Shown here: positions 36,291 through 49,955 of the stretch, in pieces
How positions within the stretch are numbered: the stretch's first letter is position 1
Layout: each line of letters opens with the position of its first letter
Source: Ginglymostoma cirratum
Lineage: Eukaryota
Assembly: GCA_024137785.1 (NCBI GenBank)
Contig: JAHRHZ010000079.1
Span: 11,960,896-12,024,895, forward strand
Length of the DNA stretch: 64,000 nucleotides
Direction of reading: 5' to 3'
Position numbers and translations under genes: made by a program
The notes under the pieces: generated by a model
Databases searched by the model: none
Told to the model about the DNA's origin: nothing
Seen by the model: only the letters and a program-made list of their open reading frames with translations

Positions 36291-38244
36291 TATCTACTCT
36301 TCTGAGAGTGCAAAAGCAAATTAGGAGTCAAGGTGCTTGTACAATAGAAAATTCTTAAAAGGGCTTACATAGATTATACCCCCATCTTCCACCTTTCTGC
36401 TGCACGAATATTATCCAAGCTGAAGCCTGAGTCCTTCGTGTAATGCAGAGTACTGCACCCAAACACTTGAAGTCCTATTTTATATGTTTTCAATGCTTTC
36501 ATTCTTTTAAAAAGAAATGAAGGAACTTTCATTCAATTTGTAGGAATAATTGGGAACGTATTTTTTAGGTGGATGCCTTGACACTCAAAACTTGATATAT
36601 CAGGTTAATGACTAAGGCTATGGTCAGGTATTGGTTTGCGAGCAGTAGATCAGAGGGAATCACAATCATGTGAATCACAAGAATAGATGCACAGTCTGTA
36701 ATGAAAAGTTACTGGCACAATTTTAAGAACTCAAAGGCAACTGGGATAGCAAACAACACGAAGCAACACCACCTATTTTGGAAATGAAACTTGAAGATCT
36801 TAAAGATAAATATGTCACCTACTCTGATGAACAATGATACAGAATTTAATTAATGTGTAATTAAAATCAATATGTAATCTTAATTTTGGCATTAATGCTT
36901 GATAGAAGTGATGTAGAAGTCAAACCGTGCATTCAAATATTTCTTGTAATTGTTACATTTGCAGCACATAACAGTAAGACTTTGAAGAAATGAATCCTTA
37001 CAGAAGGCTTCTAAATGTAGAAGAATTGACAAATTCAGGTTGATCTTTATTGTTCAGGTGGGAGAAGTGTCAAACAGATTAAGTGTAATTTTTAATTGGG
37101 TTTTTATAATGTGTTACATTTGAGCATGATTAACATCAATGTGTCATTTTTTTGTTGAAGTAGATTGAGATAAATATAGAAACATTATGGTTACACATTT
37201 TTGCTTTTGGAAGTATTATAAAATGAAAAATTTTACATCATTCCTGCTTAATCCTCCTTTAAGGACACAGTCACAATAACTCCTATTTCATACTTGAAAA
37301 ATAATAGCTTTTTTTATTGAGTTTGATTCTAAATATACATGGATTCTAGTAGCCAGAAACGTCTATGGACTAGAACATTGTTTTGAGATCAGATTTTACA
37401 AGACTTACTGATATCTAAACAATGGCACTAGTTACCTAATCAACAAAACACAGTCAACATTCAAAATACCCACTGTTAGATATTTATCACAGTACAATGT
37501 GTCATCATCCCACAAATCCTTTCAGAAAATCTATTGGCTCAAATCTTCCCGAATTTATTTTAAAATTGGCAGGTAATTTTTGACTTCTGTGGTAATGGGG
37601 ATGATGTCAAGTCAGCCTTCTGTTTTTAGAAAAGCCAGTCGCTGAAGGATTGCTTACCAGAGGAACAATACAGTGCATTAAGATTCTAACAAGTTAGAGT
37701 AAATGAAGCAATTGCCGATTAGTTTCCAAAGTACTTATCTCATTAAACTAAATGAATTATTGATTTGGCAACACTCAAGCTTTTAGTGTGAGTTCCTACA
37801 TAAACAGGATTCTATCTAAAGCTTAAACAGGCAATACTTCCTCTCTGAGCATTACATTACGCAGGTCTCAAATTGTTTTGCCTGGCATATTTTACAAGTT
37901 TTACATGATATTTCTATCATGGACTGGCCAGCTGGTCTGTTTTAAATGTTCAGTGCATACGTTGTCTACTTGGACGTTTGGCCTAACGATGAGGTTGATG
38001 TCACATGATTGTTACAGTACAAATGCCACTTTCTCATTTTTTGCAATATTATGATCCCATGATGCAGCCCAAACATCTGTTTATTGCAAATTTCAGTACT
38101 GGCGACAGTTTTCTTATCTACTGCATTTCACAATTAACTCTACTGCAATTTCTCAAAGGTGAAGGCTACATTAAATATGTTATCAAATTTGAATTTAATA
38201 GAGAATACTGCAAAATTAATCATTTTTATAATTTTACAATTCTA

Positions 38245-38770
38245 GAAGTACAGGAACATAGCAAGAGGGGGAGGTCATTCAGCCACTCGAGCCTGTTCTG
38301 CCATTCTTTCAGATTACGGGTGATCTGTGACCTAACTCCATATGCCCGCCTTGGGCCCATATCCCTTGATACTTTGGCTTAGTAAAAACATGTCCATCTC
38401 AGATTTAAATTTAATAATTGAATTAGCATTGACCACCATTTAAAGAAGAGAGTCCTAAGTCTCCACTATTCTTTGTGTATCGAAGTGCTTTCAAACATCT
38501 TTCCTGAATGGCTTGGTGCTAATTCTTAGAAGATGTCTCCTGGTTCCAGAATCTTCAACCAATGGAAATAGTTTGTCTTTATCTACCTTGTCTTTCCCTA
38601 ATAATAACCTGTAGATCTGATTAGATCACCCCATACATTCTAAATTCTAGAGAATAAAGTCCTAGTTTGTCTAATACCTCCTCATATCTTTACCCCCGAA
38701 GTCCAAGTACCGTCCAGTGAACCAGTGTTGAATTCCCTCCAGAGCCAAAAAAAACTTCCTAATTTGTGAT
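38245..38770 (-). mobile_element. CR1 LINE 3' portion
   Basis: ggtcattcagccactcgagcctgttctgccattc...gattagatcacccc...ttctaaattctagaga, the reverse complement of the SLExRxxxGDLI motif and the tail. Confidence 0.8.
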
Positions 38771-41461
38771 ATTCTTCTAATTTTAAAAAATCAATAACAG
38801 AAATGTACAGAAATGTCTCTTATATCAGAATGCATTACAAAACACAAACTTGAAATTTCAATAGGTTCATACCCAGAAACAAATTCCAAAAACAGTTTAA
38901 TTTCATGGATTTCTTTTCATTTGAGAATATTACTATTAATATGCAATTAGACGGCATGATTTGGTTCAAAATAAATTGTTCATATATGTGTTTAAGATGA
39001 ATAAAAAATATTATGGGAATTTAATTTCCTACTATTCATTTATTTACTGATCAAGAATGATGAGCTTAGACTAACCCGGAGGAATACCTTGGTATCAGTC
39101 GTTGACCTGAAGTGTTAACACTGTTTCTCTCTCTCTATAGAGACTGCCAGACCTGTTCAGCACATATTCCAGTTGAAGCCAGTCTAAGAGCAATTACTAA
39201 ATTAGTGTTGAATCTGTAGGCAGTATATCGCTTTAATGCAGTTATGACCATGAATGGCACTTGCCTAAAGATGATCCACAATGTTTCTCGAGTGATCTCT
39301 TATGATGACCAGACCTTCTTTGTAGGTGAAGTGGCCTTTGTTCTGTTTTATCTTGACTTAGTTAAAACCAGGGTGGAAGAGTTAAAAACACGATGCTCTA
39401 ATACATTTAAAGGAGAAACTCCCCCAACTTCATTTTAACCTTCTAACATCCTAAATCCGTTATGTTTCCCATTGCTCTGTCCTTACTTTAATGATGGGTT
39501 TGACATCTATAGCATAACCCTTGCCCCCTTTCAGCTCACAACTTATTGATGGACCATTACCGATTTAAATTTTTAAACTCAAATTTAGATTTTGGGTTTT
39601 TTTTTAACCAAGTATTTGAAGGTTTTACAATCAGAGGACTAATGGACATCAGCACTACAGCCTAATGAAGTGTGTATCTTGATGAAAGCAATACTTTTAG
39701 ACAAGTTAATTGATTGGCTGGTATTGAGCAGGCAGTTCACTGGTTTAGTGAAAAATGCCAGTCAAAGATACTCAAAACGGCATTGAAGAATGAGGGAAGG
39801 GCATGGTTTGTTTATGTGGTCAAAAATGAATATTGGTATTTGCTGACTGCCAATGATAACACCACTTTAACTTTTAGGTAAAATATTAACATTTTATGTT
39901 CTATAATCCATCACTGTGACACTATAATACATTTAAATGCATATTTTAATTAAGTTTTTATATTCTTATTATTGATATTATTTGATATTCATCAAGTTTC
40001 AAATCAAAATAACATCTGTAACAATCTGGAAGATATAATTTGAGTGATATCATTAAGAACTACAGTTACCAGATTAGTATCTTTATAATACACATAAACA
40101 ATTCCACTACTGACTGTGTGTGGTTTAGTTGTTCAGATTTGGCAACATAGTGTTAACGTTAATGCCATTGTGTAACCTTGGTGATACAGTTTAACCTGCA
40201 GTGGAATTTGGCAATGGGTTAATTGTTAATGTTAGAACACACCAAGTCATCTCACTAAAGCTTTGAAATTCGTGATGCTCATGTGGATGTGAAGGGTGTT
40301 TTGATGGAATCAGTTGGATGTAGCCATTGCTATCATCCCAGAAAATTACAATATTCTCCTGATGTCATGTTGCAAAAGAAACATTCTGAACTGTTGTACT
40401 TGCCAGCATCTTCTCCATTGTGTGGGCGGTGAGTGTCTCCAGCTAATCTATATCTATGGCACATGCCAGGAAACCGTCACAAATACCTGCAATAGATTCA
40501 TGCCCCTAGTTATTTGTCTCTTGAAAATTACTCCTTCGAAATTTGGGTCTTTAAGCTTGTTTTCCTTCTGCTCTTTCTTCACTGCAAGGAAGCATGGCTG
40601 GCTCCTCCACTTCCATGCAGTTCCTGGTACTTTGTCTACTGCCCTTTAACATTCTCTTGCTCACCGTATTTACATCCTCTCCTCTATAAAGGTGCTCTGA
40701 TAGCGTTAGTGATACTGGAGGGTGAGTTCTTGATCAGGAGTTTATAGGTTGTTCTTCAGCTCATTTTCAGTGATTCTAGATAACTACTTTGCATCTGGTG
40801 GATCCTCTTACATGACTTGGATATGAGTGAAGACTTTCCCATTAAGGTGGTGTTTTGATCCCCATAGAGACCAATAATTTCGGAAAAGATCCTATGAATT
40901 CCTGATGACCAAATTAAAGAAATCATACAAGATTTCAAATTTTACCAGAACAAAGAAACTAAAATTGACATTGACTAAGCATTTACTGAGCAAAGAACTA
41001 ATACTCTAAACCACAGAAAAGATCATTCTTATTAATGTTGTAATCCAAGTGATAACCCAAAATCCATGTGTATATTTTTGCAGCTCATTCTCTGTTGTAT
41101 TAGGTAATGGCTTTAAAAGTTAAACGTTTAAAAGTTAAAAGTTTAAATGTTGAAGTTGAATTCATTCCATCCAATCTGATGACCCAGTCTTTGGGTGGAG
41201 ACAAGGAGTTTTACATTAACCATCTTCGGGACTGATGTATTCTGTAAAGCTTCTGAGAATCCTTAGTAATTATGCCTGAGTAGCAATGTGAATGTACATA
41301 TTGCTATCATGCAGTAAACCATCCTGTTAACTAAGACAAATGTCGCTTCTGTCTAGACTCACCAGTCATCAATCCTCTACCACTGATAGTTGGACAGACA
41401 TTGTATAGACAAAGGAGGATTGGTAACAGTGAATTACATCAAACATACCTTTACCTTGTTA

Positions 41462-41630
41462 TAAAAGCAAAATACTGTGGATCCTGGAAATCTAAAAGGA
41501 ACACAGAAAATGCTGGAGAAACTCAGCAAGCCTGGCAGTATCTTTGAAGAGAGAAACGGAGTTGACATTTTGAGCTCAGTTTAATATTTTTTTGCAGAAC
41601 GGAAGAAGAGTCATGTTGGACTCAGTGTCA
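41462..41630 (-). mobile_element. Short PLE terminal fragment with partial inverted copy
   Basis: aaaagcaaaatactgtggatcctggaaatct...gctggagaaactcagcaagcctggcag, then gaagaagagtcatgttggactc. Confidence 0.7.
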
Positions 41631-42014
41631 ATCCTTACCCTGTGGTACATATTCCAGGAGTGACAGATACCATGAAGGGCCAACAGTGACATTCATGGCA
41701 GATATCACACTGTCCACAGGTTTAGTTTTTCTCAGAAACAGTCCAGAGTCACTCCCAGCTTCCAACAAGTTTGTACTTCTTCAATTTTCTGAGGTTTTTA
41801 CCCTCAGGCTCCTGAGGATTCCCAAACTGACTTTCAGCAGTAAGGCCCACTCTGGTGATTCCTTCTCCCGGTTTATCAGGCCAAACCTTCAGCATTCTTA
41901 AATGGCTGCAGCTTGCTTTACTTCAGCCACTAGACAAGCTTTCCCCAGCATTCTGTCCGGCAGCTAACAAGGAAAACTTCCTTTTCTCTCAGTAGACTGC
42001 AACAATTGTTGCAA

Positions 42015-42414
42015 NNNNNNNNNNNNNNNNNNNNNNNNNNNNNNNNNNNNNNNNNNNNNNNNNNNNNNNNNNNNNNNNNNNNNNNNNNNNNNNNNNNNNN
42101 NNNNNNNNNNNNNNNNNNNNNNNNNNNNNNNNNNNNNNNNNNNNNNNNNNNNNNNNNNNNNNNNNNNNNNNNNNNNNNNNNNNNNNNNNNNNNNNNNNNN
42201 NNNNNNNNNNNNNNNNNNNNNNNNNNNNNNNNNNNNNNNNNNNNNNNNNNNNNNNNNNNNNNNNNNNNNNNNNNNNNNNNNNNNNNNNNNNNNNNNNNNN
42301 NNNNNNNNNNNNNNNNNNNNNNNNNNNNNNNNNNNNNNNNNNNNNNNNNNNNNNNNNNNNNNNNNNNNNNNNNNNNNNNNNNNNNNNNNNNNNNNNNNNN
42401 NNNNNNNNNNNNNN
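42015..42414. other. Assembly gap (400 N)
   Basis: Run of N characters. Confidence 1.
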
Positions 42415-42512
42415 TTCTGATGAAGGGTCTAGGCCCGAAACGTCAATTTTCCTGCTCCTATGATGCTGCTTGGCCTGCTGTGTTCATCCAGCCCCACGCA
42501 ATATAAGTTATC
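42415..42512 (+). mobile_element. PLE 3' end with intact minimal hammerhead core
   Basis: TT CTGATGA AGGGTCTAGGCCC GAAAC GTC AA, then ctatgatgctgcttggcctgctgtgttcatccagc. Truncated by the gap. Confidence 0.85.
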
Positions 42513-42899
42513 TGCTTTGTTCTACATAATGCTATGCAATCCACACAAAAGGCATAATGGTGATCCATATTCCACAAATTCCCCTTGCAGCACTTCTTTA
42601 CCAACTTTTCGGTGGAAAAGTAACTGGTAGAGTTAATACTTAATTCGACCCAGTTATCTCCTAACATTTCATGTTGAACATGGCTTCTGGTGCCCAAAAT
42701 GCAATGATTTCTTTTCATCCTTGGGTGTTTGGATAAGAATGCATCATACTTCTCATGACCTTTCACTACTCTGTATGGGTATTTGGACCTGATGACTTAA
42801 GGAGGACATGTTATAGTAAAATCATAAGTCAAACCCAAGCAAGCCTATCCACAATTTCACGTTAAATAGAGCTTCAGGATAGTTGAAAAAGCTTCTGCA

Positions 42900-43600
42900 C
42901 AGCCCGATTTGCCTTCAAATGCACTCTGCGTCATTTTCAGAAATCCTATGGCCAGTTTAATGGTTGTTCTGATGAGCATCCATTTAGCCCATATGCATCT
43001 GTGTGGGCCTCTCAAGAGGGGACAGGAGCCATCTCTTGAGGGACTGTCCCTTTTCTTTTCAAATCCATCCATGCACTTTGCAGGTTGCACCAAGATTTGA
43101 AGCAATCTGGTGCAGCATAGCTCTTGTTTTGGTCTGCAGATCAGTTGGTCATTATAGAACTGGAAGCTCTTCCAGATGATGGACACCATTAGTCAGGTAC
43201 TGGGTGATCTGGTGATTAAACATGTGTGTTTAATCGGTGATAGTTTTCACCTGCAGGAATCCAGCAATGAAGGCCAAATTCAATACTCTCTGTCCCTGTG
43301 AGGCTGTGTCTGTTTTAAAGGAAAATGCTGTACAGCTGTGGTAGAAAGGTCATCAACATCTTACTGGATGCAGTGATATGCAACCATGTTTGGGATGCCT
43401 CTAAGATCTACAGCTGATCCTTGAATGAAGCTAGAAGGAAGACATTCAGTGCCACAGTGACTTTGACAACTGTTGGTGGAGCACAATGAACAGTGCTATG
43501 AAGAGACTGGGACACATGTGGTTGACCATCTGCCTGGAGAGTCACCATTTCCTGCAGCATTTGGTCTCTGTCATCTCCAAGCCTCTCAATCTTTAGTGCA
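42900..43600 (-). pseudogene. PIF/Harbinger DDE transposase remnant (HARBI1-like family), frameshifted
   Basis: Ordered minus-strand motifs: VVKVTVALNV (~43465), AFIAGFLQVKTITD*THM (~43270), IWKSFQFYNDQLIC, HGWI*KEKGQSLKRWLLSPL (~43075), RTTIKLAIGFLKM. They correspond to Harbinger GFP.V.GAIDCTH / NRKGFHS.NVQ / GWLLGD.GYPL..WLMTP / R..IE..IG.LK. Confidence 0.8.
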
Positions 43601-43994
43601 CAATCTCTGTTGACGGTTTAGCCTCCATTGCCTTCCGCAGTCCCTCCTTCTTTCCTGCCTTCCTGATTCCTGGAATTCTGTCCTTCCTGTGAATGATGTA
43701 ACCCTCAGCGCCACAAGGCTTAAATATTGGCCACTTTGCCATTATTGCCGGCTGAAGCCTTCCTTCTGGGCCAGTGCCAGCTTTCTACCAGTCTTAATTG
43801 GTCTGAATTGGAGAGAAAATAGTTTCCTTTCCTGTCCTGCTCATTGTTGCCTTGAAATTGGCACTGGCAGTGATACTTCTGGGTCTCCCTCCCTCCACCT
43901 CCAATTCTTTCTTTGGGAGTTGTAAGCCCGAAAATAATCCTGTGGCATCCAGTCCTACCAGATTTGGTAAAGAACAATTAGAATTTGACAAATT

Positions 43995-44012
43995 TGCAGC
44001 AGAGGGCAGCAG
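43995..44012 (+). promoter_or_regulatory. Candidate CTCF binding motif
   Basis: tgcagcagagggcagcag is close to the CTCF core CCAGCAGAGGGCAGCA. Motif match only. Confidence 0.4.
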
Positions 44013-44280
44013 AGATGTCCATTAACTTGTACATTGCTTTATTATAAGGAATATGTCAACAAATTAAAGTTATTCACTTCAGATAAATTTGGTTCAGAAA
44101 ATATATTAAATCATAGAACTATACAACTCAGAAAAAAAAACACACTTACTTGGCTGTTCATGCTTCAGCCAGTTTGTCCTAAGTTTCATCCAATTAAACC
44201 GACTGCTCTGTATCTTCCCCATAACTCAGTTTTTCTTTTCCTGTATAAAGTATTTATCCAATTTTATTGTGAAAAACTTC

Positions 44281-44376
44281 AAAGAAGAGTCTTATTGGAC
44301 TTGAAACGTTAAGTCTACTTCTCTCTCCATGGAAGCTGCTAGACCTGCAGGGTTTCTCCAGCGCTTTCTGTTTTTA
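44281..44376 (+). mobile_element. Short PLE terminal fragment
   Basis: aagaagagtcttattggacttgaaacgttaag...gctgctagacctgcagggtttctccagcgctttctgttttta. Confidence 0.7.
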
Positions 44377-47300
44377 AATCATTAGCAAATACTGCCAGAG
44401 AGAGTGAAAAATTGTGTCATGAATTAGTGGTAACTTCACAGTTACTGCCAAGCTCCGACATTGAGGCAGGAAGAGAAGAAAATAGGTGACAATACTGCCA
44501 AATAGAAAGTGAAGTTGCAGCTGTTGTTATCATTGCTCCAAGCTGTGCCTGACTGGGAAACTGTACTCATGGTGGATTCTCTGTGCAACAAGAGATAAAA
44601 GGAGTGTCATTAAAATCAAATTCTTCTTAAATTATGTGCCATGCGCCTATCTGAACAGATGTTGAATCTTTCAGTAGAAATAAAAGATTCCATTGATATT
44701 TCAGTATACAAAGCAAAATACACCACAGGAGTCAGAGGACAATCCACAGCTTACCAGAATGCAAGCCATACTGAAGTAAGTTAAAAATGACTGTACCTCA
44801 CTTGCCCTCCTTCCAAGCTAAAGGAAGCTACATTCATGTGATTAATAAAGCAAATTTGAAACTGCAAACATGTGAAGGGTGGGGAATATTTGTTTTCATA
44901 AACTGTTTTCAAACCAGAAGGTTTGGCTGTTTGCCTCTCTCCATCATCTCACCTTTTATAGAAATTGTCCTTGATGTCGCCTCTGAGTTAAAAAATTGAG
45001 AATTGAAACAACATTCCAGAGAATCTAGACTGACACATCACTGCACTGCTGAGGAAGTGTTGCATTGTTGGAAAGACCTTGTGTTTCAGTTGATAACCAT
45101 CTACTCTTTCAGATGGTACAAAAGCTCACGTTTATATGCTATTGAATAAGAGTACAAACTGCCTCTATTTTCACTAATAAAAGGACTTCAACCTTCACTG
45201 TGAGTTGCAAATCTTCTGAGAGATATTAAATGCTCTTGAAGAGTAAATAAGGTTTGTGGGACTATTGTTGTGAGGCTAAATTTCCAGCCCTTTAAAAACT
45301 GATAGAAGCTATGTCTATGAGAGTTGGTACATATTCTGTACCAGCAGTTTTAAAAGTTGTGTATTGACACAAACCTAATGGCCATCGCTATGCCATTATT
45401 CAAATTGCCTCTTTTCCACAGCCTAGTATTATCTCAATAGGGCACCATAAATTGACAGTATGATTGATAGCGCAAAGAGGTTATTAAAGAATTAGCTGCC
45501 TTTGAAGTAAATATTTAAAAGGGAGTGACTGGTTGAGGGATTTAAATGTCTTAAATGAGATTTTATAATTCAAAGGTTTTTTGAATGCAATGAAAGCTGT
45601 AACTAAAATGTGACATCTATTGTTCACAACATTACATGACTCCTGAGGTCTGCTCTTGAAGGATATTAGGGGAGTTGAAATGAAGGCCTTTAAAGGCAAA
45701 GGGTGAGTGGGAACATGAGTTGCCATTAAATTGGCTTGTGCCTATAAGAAGCCAGGGATGGCATGAGTTGGCAGAGATGGTTGGAGGAGGGAGAATGTAT
45801 AATGGGTGAGGTCCACAGAACTTAATATTTAACAAAACAAATGAGAAGAAGTGCCAGAGAATCAAGGTGAGGGTTTTGTGAGCAGTACTTGGTGACCTCT
45901 GTTGGCACTTCTCATATCATGAGTGTTTGGCAAGCCTGAGTCCATCTGGTACCCTTCCCCCAAGGCTGGAGCACTGAGTTGGGAAATTTTCTGAGTCAAG
46001 CTGGCTGTCTCAGGCACAGAATTCCAGACCCATAGCTCTGGTTTTCCATATTGATAAAATTGGCAAAGATTATGACCCTGAATATCTTCATTGATGCATT
46101 CAGTAGCTGTAAATTGATTCCTCTTGCCACAGATCTCTGCTGTTAAGTCTGCTGAATGATGCAGTGTCAGGAGACGAGACTTAATTAGCTAGCCGTTGTT
46201 GATGCATATTTCATTTGAAAACTCTACTTCAGTTATTGGGGTTCCATGATTTGACCACAACCAAGTGATTCCCTCAGCAGAACTGACCTTCTGGAAGCTA
46301 GTGCTTCTCAGTTAGTGTTTCAAATACATCAGGGCAGCAGCCATTTCCAGAGCAGGGAATCCATGCCAATGGCTCTTCCCCTCCATATCACTGACTTTTC
46401 TAAACCAAACCCCAGTTTAAGGTTGTGTCCCAGCAGGAATCTTACAAAATGGTGAAGTAAATTCAATGCATATATTAGGACTGTTGGATGATTAAGGTAG
46501 AGGTATTAGTCAGCATGTTCACCAGATGGTATTGTTCTAGGAATCATAACTAATATTACTGATAGCTACTTCAGATGAAACACTTAAGATTTCTCTTTTA
46601 TCAATTTTTTTTTAGAAAATCTGTAATGCACATTCCCCTCAAATATTCACTGTTACTCATTTATGTACCTTTATCCATTATGAACTGTAAATAGTGAATA
46701 TGATTGCAAATGGGCAACAAAAGACTTAGGACAGGCATTATAATCTGCAAACAGTTTTGCCTTTGATGAAAGGAGATAAAGTGAATGCATTACTGTGAGA
46801 ACGAGCTAAAGAAAGCAGAAGTATAAAGGCAGTTGGAAATACTCATAGAAACAACACTGGACTGAGATTCATGAGAATACAACCGCATCAGATTAAGACA
46901 TGACAGCACTGGAAGATTTTGTTCTAAGATACATGATGAACTTTAAGTCAGATACCTGACATCTCAAGAGATGGGAAGACGGCAAAAGGAATATAATCCT
47001 GAATCAAAGTCATGGAGTTGTAGTAATCTGGACCAGCATATCTGAAAATATTTATGATCATTTTATTCAAAAGGTCTTTTTGCTAATTTGGTTGAGTTAG
47101 GAAGATTTCAAAAATTGTATTAGAATTGCCTTTAGCAGGTAATAAGGCTCTTTTATTCATTAGCCTCTCCCTAGACTACTTTACACTTGTTAGGATGCAG
47201 TTCCATTGCTAATTGGCGATTTATTTCTTCAACTTTTTGGAATTTTCAGCTTTCTCCTTGGCAAATTTGACTGCTTGGACTTCTCTCTTTATTGGTTTCT

Positions 47301-47939
47301 GGTGATGTGACATGTTCGCAATTTCACTTTGTGCCATAACTTCTTGAATTCTTCTGAGTTAACTTGTGGATGAAAATCTGAGAAACCAATATCTAGCACT
47401 ACATTTATGGAAAAGATACCGCATATGTTAGAGGTCTGAAATTAACAGAATTTGCTGAATTATCATGCTCAACTGGAAATGTTAACTCTGTTTATTTCTC
47501 CACTGATGCTGCCAAACCTGCTGAGTATTTCCAGCACTTTAACTCAGTATTTTGTATCTTGCAAATGAACTTCTGAGATATATTTATTAGTTTTTGTTAG
47601 TTTGTTATTGAAATACATGGAATCAATTTCCCATGAATTTGAGTAATACTGATGATAAGATAATCATTAGCGTTTTACTTCAGGCAACTATTTATTTCAT
47701 GAGTTATCAGCTTATATATCAATTCTCTGGTTTTTAATAATTAGTAAACCGTTGCAATTCTCCACGCAAAATTTCAGTTCCACATTCATCCTCAGACAAT
47801 GCATATTATCGTCACTCTTCTCAAACAATATCTGCTATGTCTGTATGGTACTTTCTTTATGTACAATTGTAGTTAAGCCAATGTGGGCTGCTCGACTGAA
47901 ATGGAGATCTTCGCAATTGCTTCCGAAGGAAATGCTCTG

Positions 47940-49260
47940 CATTTTCCTCGGGGCTGAAGTTTAAGCAATAATGTCTAGAGAATAATAACTATTCCACGAG
48001 AGGTGATTCATCTCTGTTGATGTTATTGCTTAAAACCAAACCAAACCTAATTAGATGATGGCTTGTCTAGCTCGTACCCCTAGCCAGTTTGTTTCCTGGA
48101 CTGCTCGTGTGAAAAGAAATTGAGTTTCTTGCCTGTGGTAGCCAAAACCATAAGGGACAATTTGGCAACAGAAAGTAGAAAAGTCTATATTTTAGACCTA
48201 ACCGAGCAAATGTCGTTTGCGATGGAGCCGCTATTCACATAGAAACTCCGATGTTAGAAATATATTAATATCTTAATTAAGGGATCTGTTTCTCAAGGAA
48301 GCTGTCTCCTAATTTACAAGAAGTGAAAGTTTAGCTGAACAGCAATATTCAGTTCTTAAGTTCACTTGGATCAACTGAATTTCCGGTCACAGTTGTGAAA
48401 CTAATCTCCCCAAGCATGCAGGCTTTTTTTCCCTGCGCTAAAGTATCTGGTTTAAAGATCTTCAGGGAATCTGATATTCCAGCACGTTCCCTTTCAAAAC
48501 AAAAACTGTTTGTGTAACTAATATCTTCGCGATACGGTTTCCGTTGTAAATCACTTTCTGTACTGATTCGACTCCTGATTTTAAAAGTTCTAGGCACAAC
48601 TGTGTAAATTTCCGGGCCACTTCAGGCGACGGAGCCTAAGTGTACAATGACAATGCAAGTGTCGGAGATATCCATCTGAGTGGGTCTCTCTGTGCAAGTG
48701 TGAAGTTCACGGGGAAAAAAGGCGCACGTTGGGACTTGTGTAGCAGCAGTTGCAAAGTCTCAAGAATCTGCCGTCACTTGTCCCGGAAGGTCATATTCCT
48801 TGCTTCCAAACCGAGAAATAATTGCTGAACAAGTCTAAAATTGTTGCACACTACTCATTTGACTTCTGACTGAGCTTTCTTACTGTAACACATCTGACGA
48901 CAATTTTAGCCTAAACTGTATCATCTGCCTTAAACACCTGTGAAACAGGGAGTGGGATTCTAGGTCAAAGCGCCTCTAAAGAAAGTTCATTGTTAATTCC
49001 GCATCCTAAGCCATTTACTCTATGTCAAAGCTTCAATTTGTGGGGCTGCGGATCTGCCTGTTGAAAGGCGGATGGCGGGTTAGGAACAAGTTAGAATTGC
49101 AACAGAGCCTTCTATTGGGGTGTGGCATGAATAGAAATACTGCCTCAGATTCATTCTCAACGCCTTCTGAATGGCTGATTATTCTCCCCAAAATTAAAAT
49201 TTTTAATTAGGCTTTCGTTTCTAATTACGAACTTAAACTCAATATCTTCCGGCTGCACTT
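47940..49260. promoter_or_regulatory. CpG-enriched segment (orphan CpG-island-like region)
   Basis: About 37 CpG in 1.3 kb by manual count, versus about 7 in 46.5-47.7 kb. I recognise no repeat here. Confidence 0.55.
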
Positions 49261-49649
49261 CTTACAATCCTATTATACCTTTCAATAACAGATCCTTGGA
49301 GCTATGGGGTAAAGATGGAATAATAAAAAGTTTGAGGGATTAGCAATCTTGGCAAAGAGCCAAAATTAAGAAATATACTTATGTCTCATTTATTTCTTGT
49401 GTCACCTTTCTTGAGTGTTATGAACTGGCTTCTACATCATCAAATACTGACTCTCTGCACAGTCACTTGTGTCCCATTGATGCAATCTTGAGGTCAAATT
49501 CTGCTCGTTCTATCCCTAGCGAAAAAATATAAAGGTACTAATCAGTTTGTGATTTGCTGTACAGCTTGTCTGATTGCTACTCCAAAACACTGTTTCCCAG
49601 GTATCCAAGTAACAGGAATAGCCACTGACACTTTTGAGTCAATTTGCCA

Positions 49650-49955
49650 TACAAGAATATCATGGCTGACCTCTACCTTAACTCTAAATATCTGTCTTGA
49701 CATAATATCATTTTATACTCTTGGTTAACAGAAAGATAGACTTAAAATTATTAATCCAGGCAGGGATCATTTTTTTGGAAAGCGTTTCTACACTTTTACC
49801 ATCCTTTGCATGGGAAAGTGTTTCCCAACATCATGCCTGAATGGCCTTGCTTTAATTTCTAAGGTTACGTCCCTTTGACTTAAACTGTCCTTCTGTCTAC
49901 CCTATCAATTCATTTGCAGATGCTGAACATCTCAATGAAATCAGCCTTTAATCAC
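49650..49955 (-). mobile_element. Old CR1 3' fragment
   Basis: atcatggctgacctctacctta...aagtgtttcccaacatcatgcctgaatggccttgctttaatt is homologous to 38245-38770. Confidence 0.6.

Noticed and set aside
41998-42013. Perfect palindrome tgcaacaattgttgca
   Set aside because: Short and directly abutting the scaffold gap, so it may be a contig-end artefact.
42006-42506. 166-aa ORF in the track
   Set aside because: Artefact of reading through the N gap.
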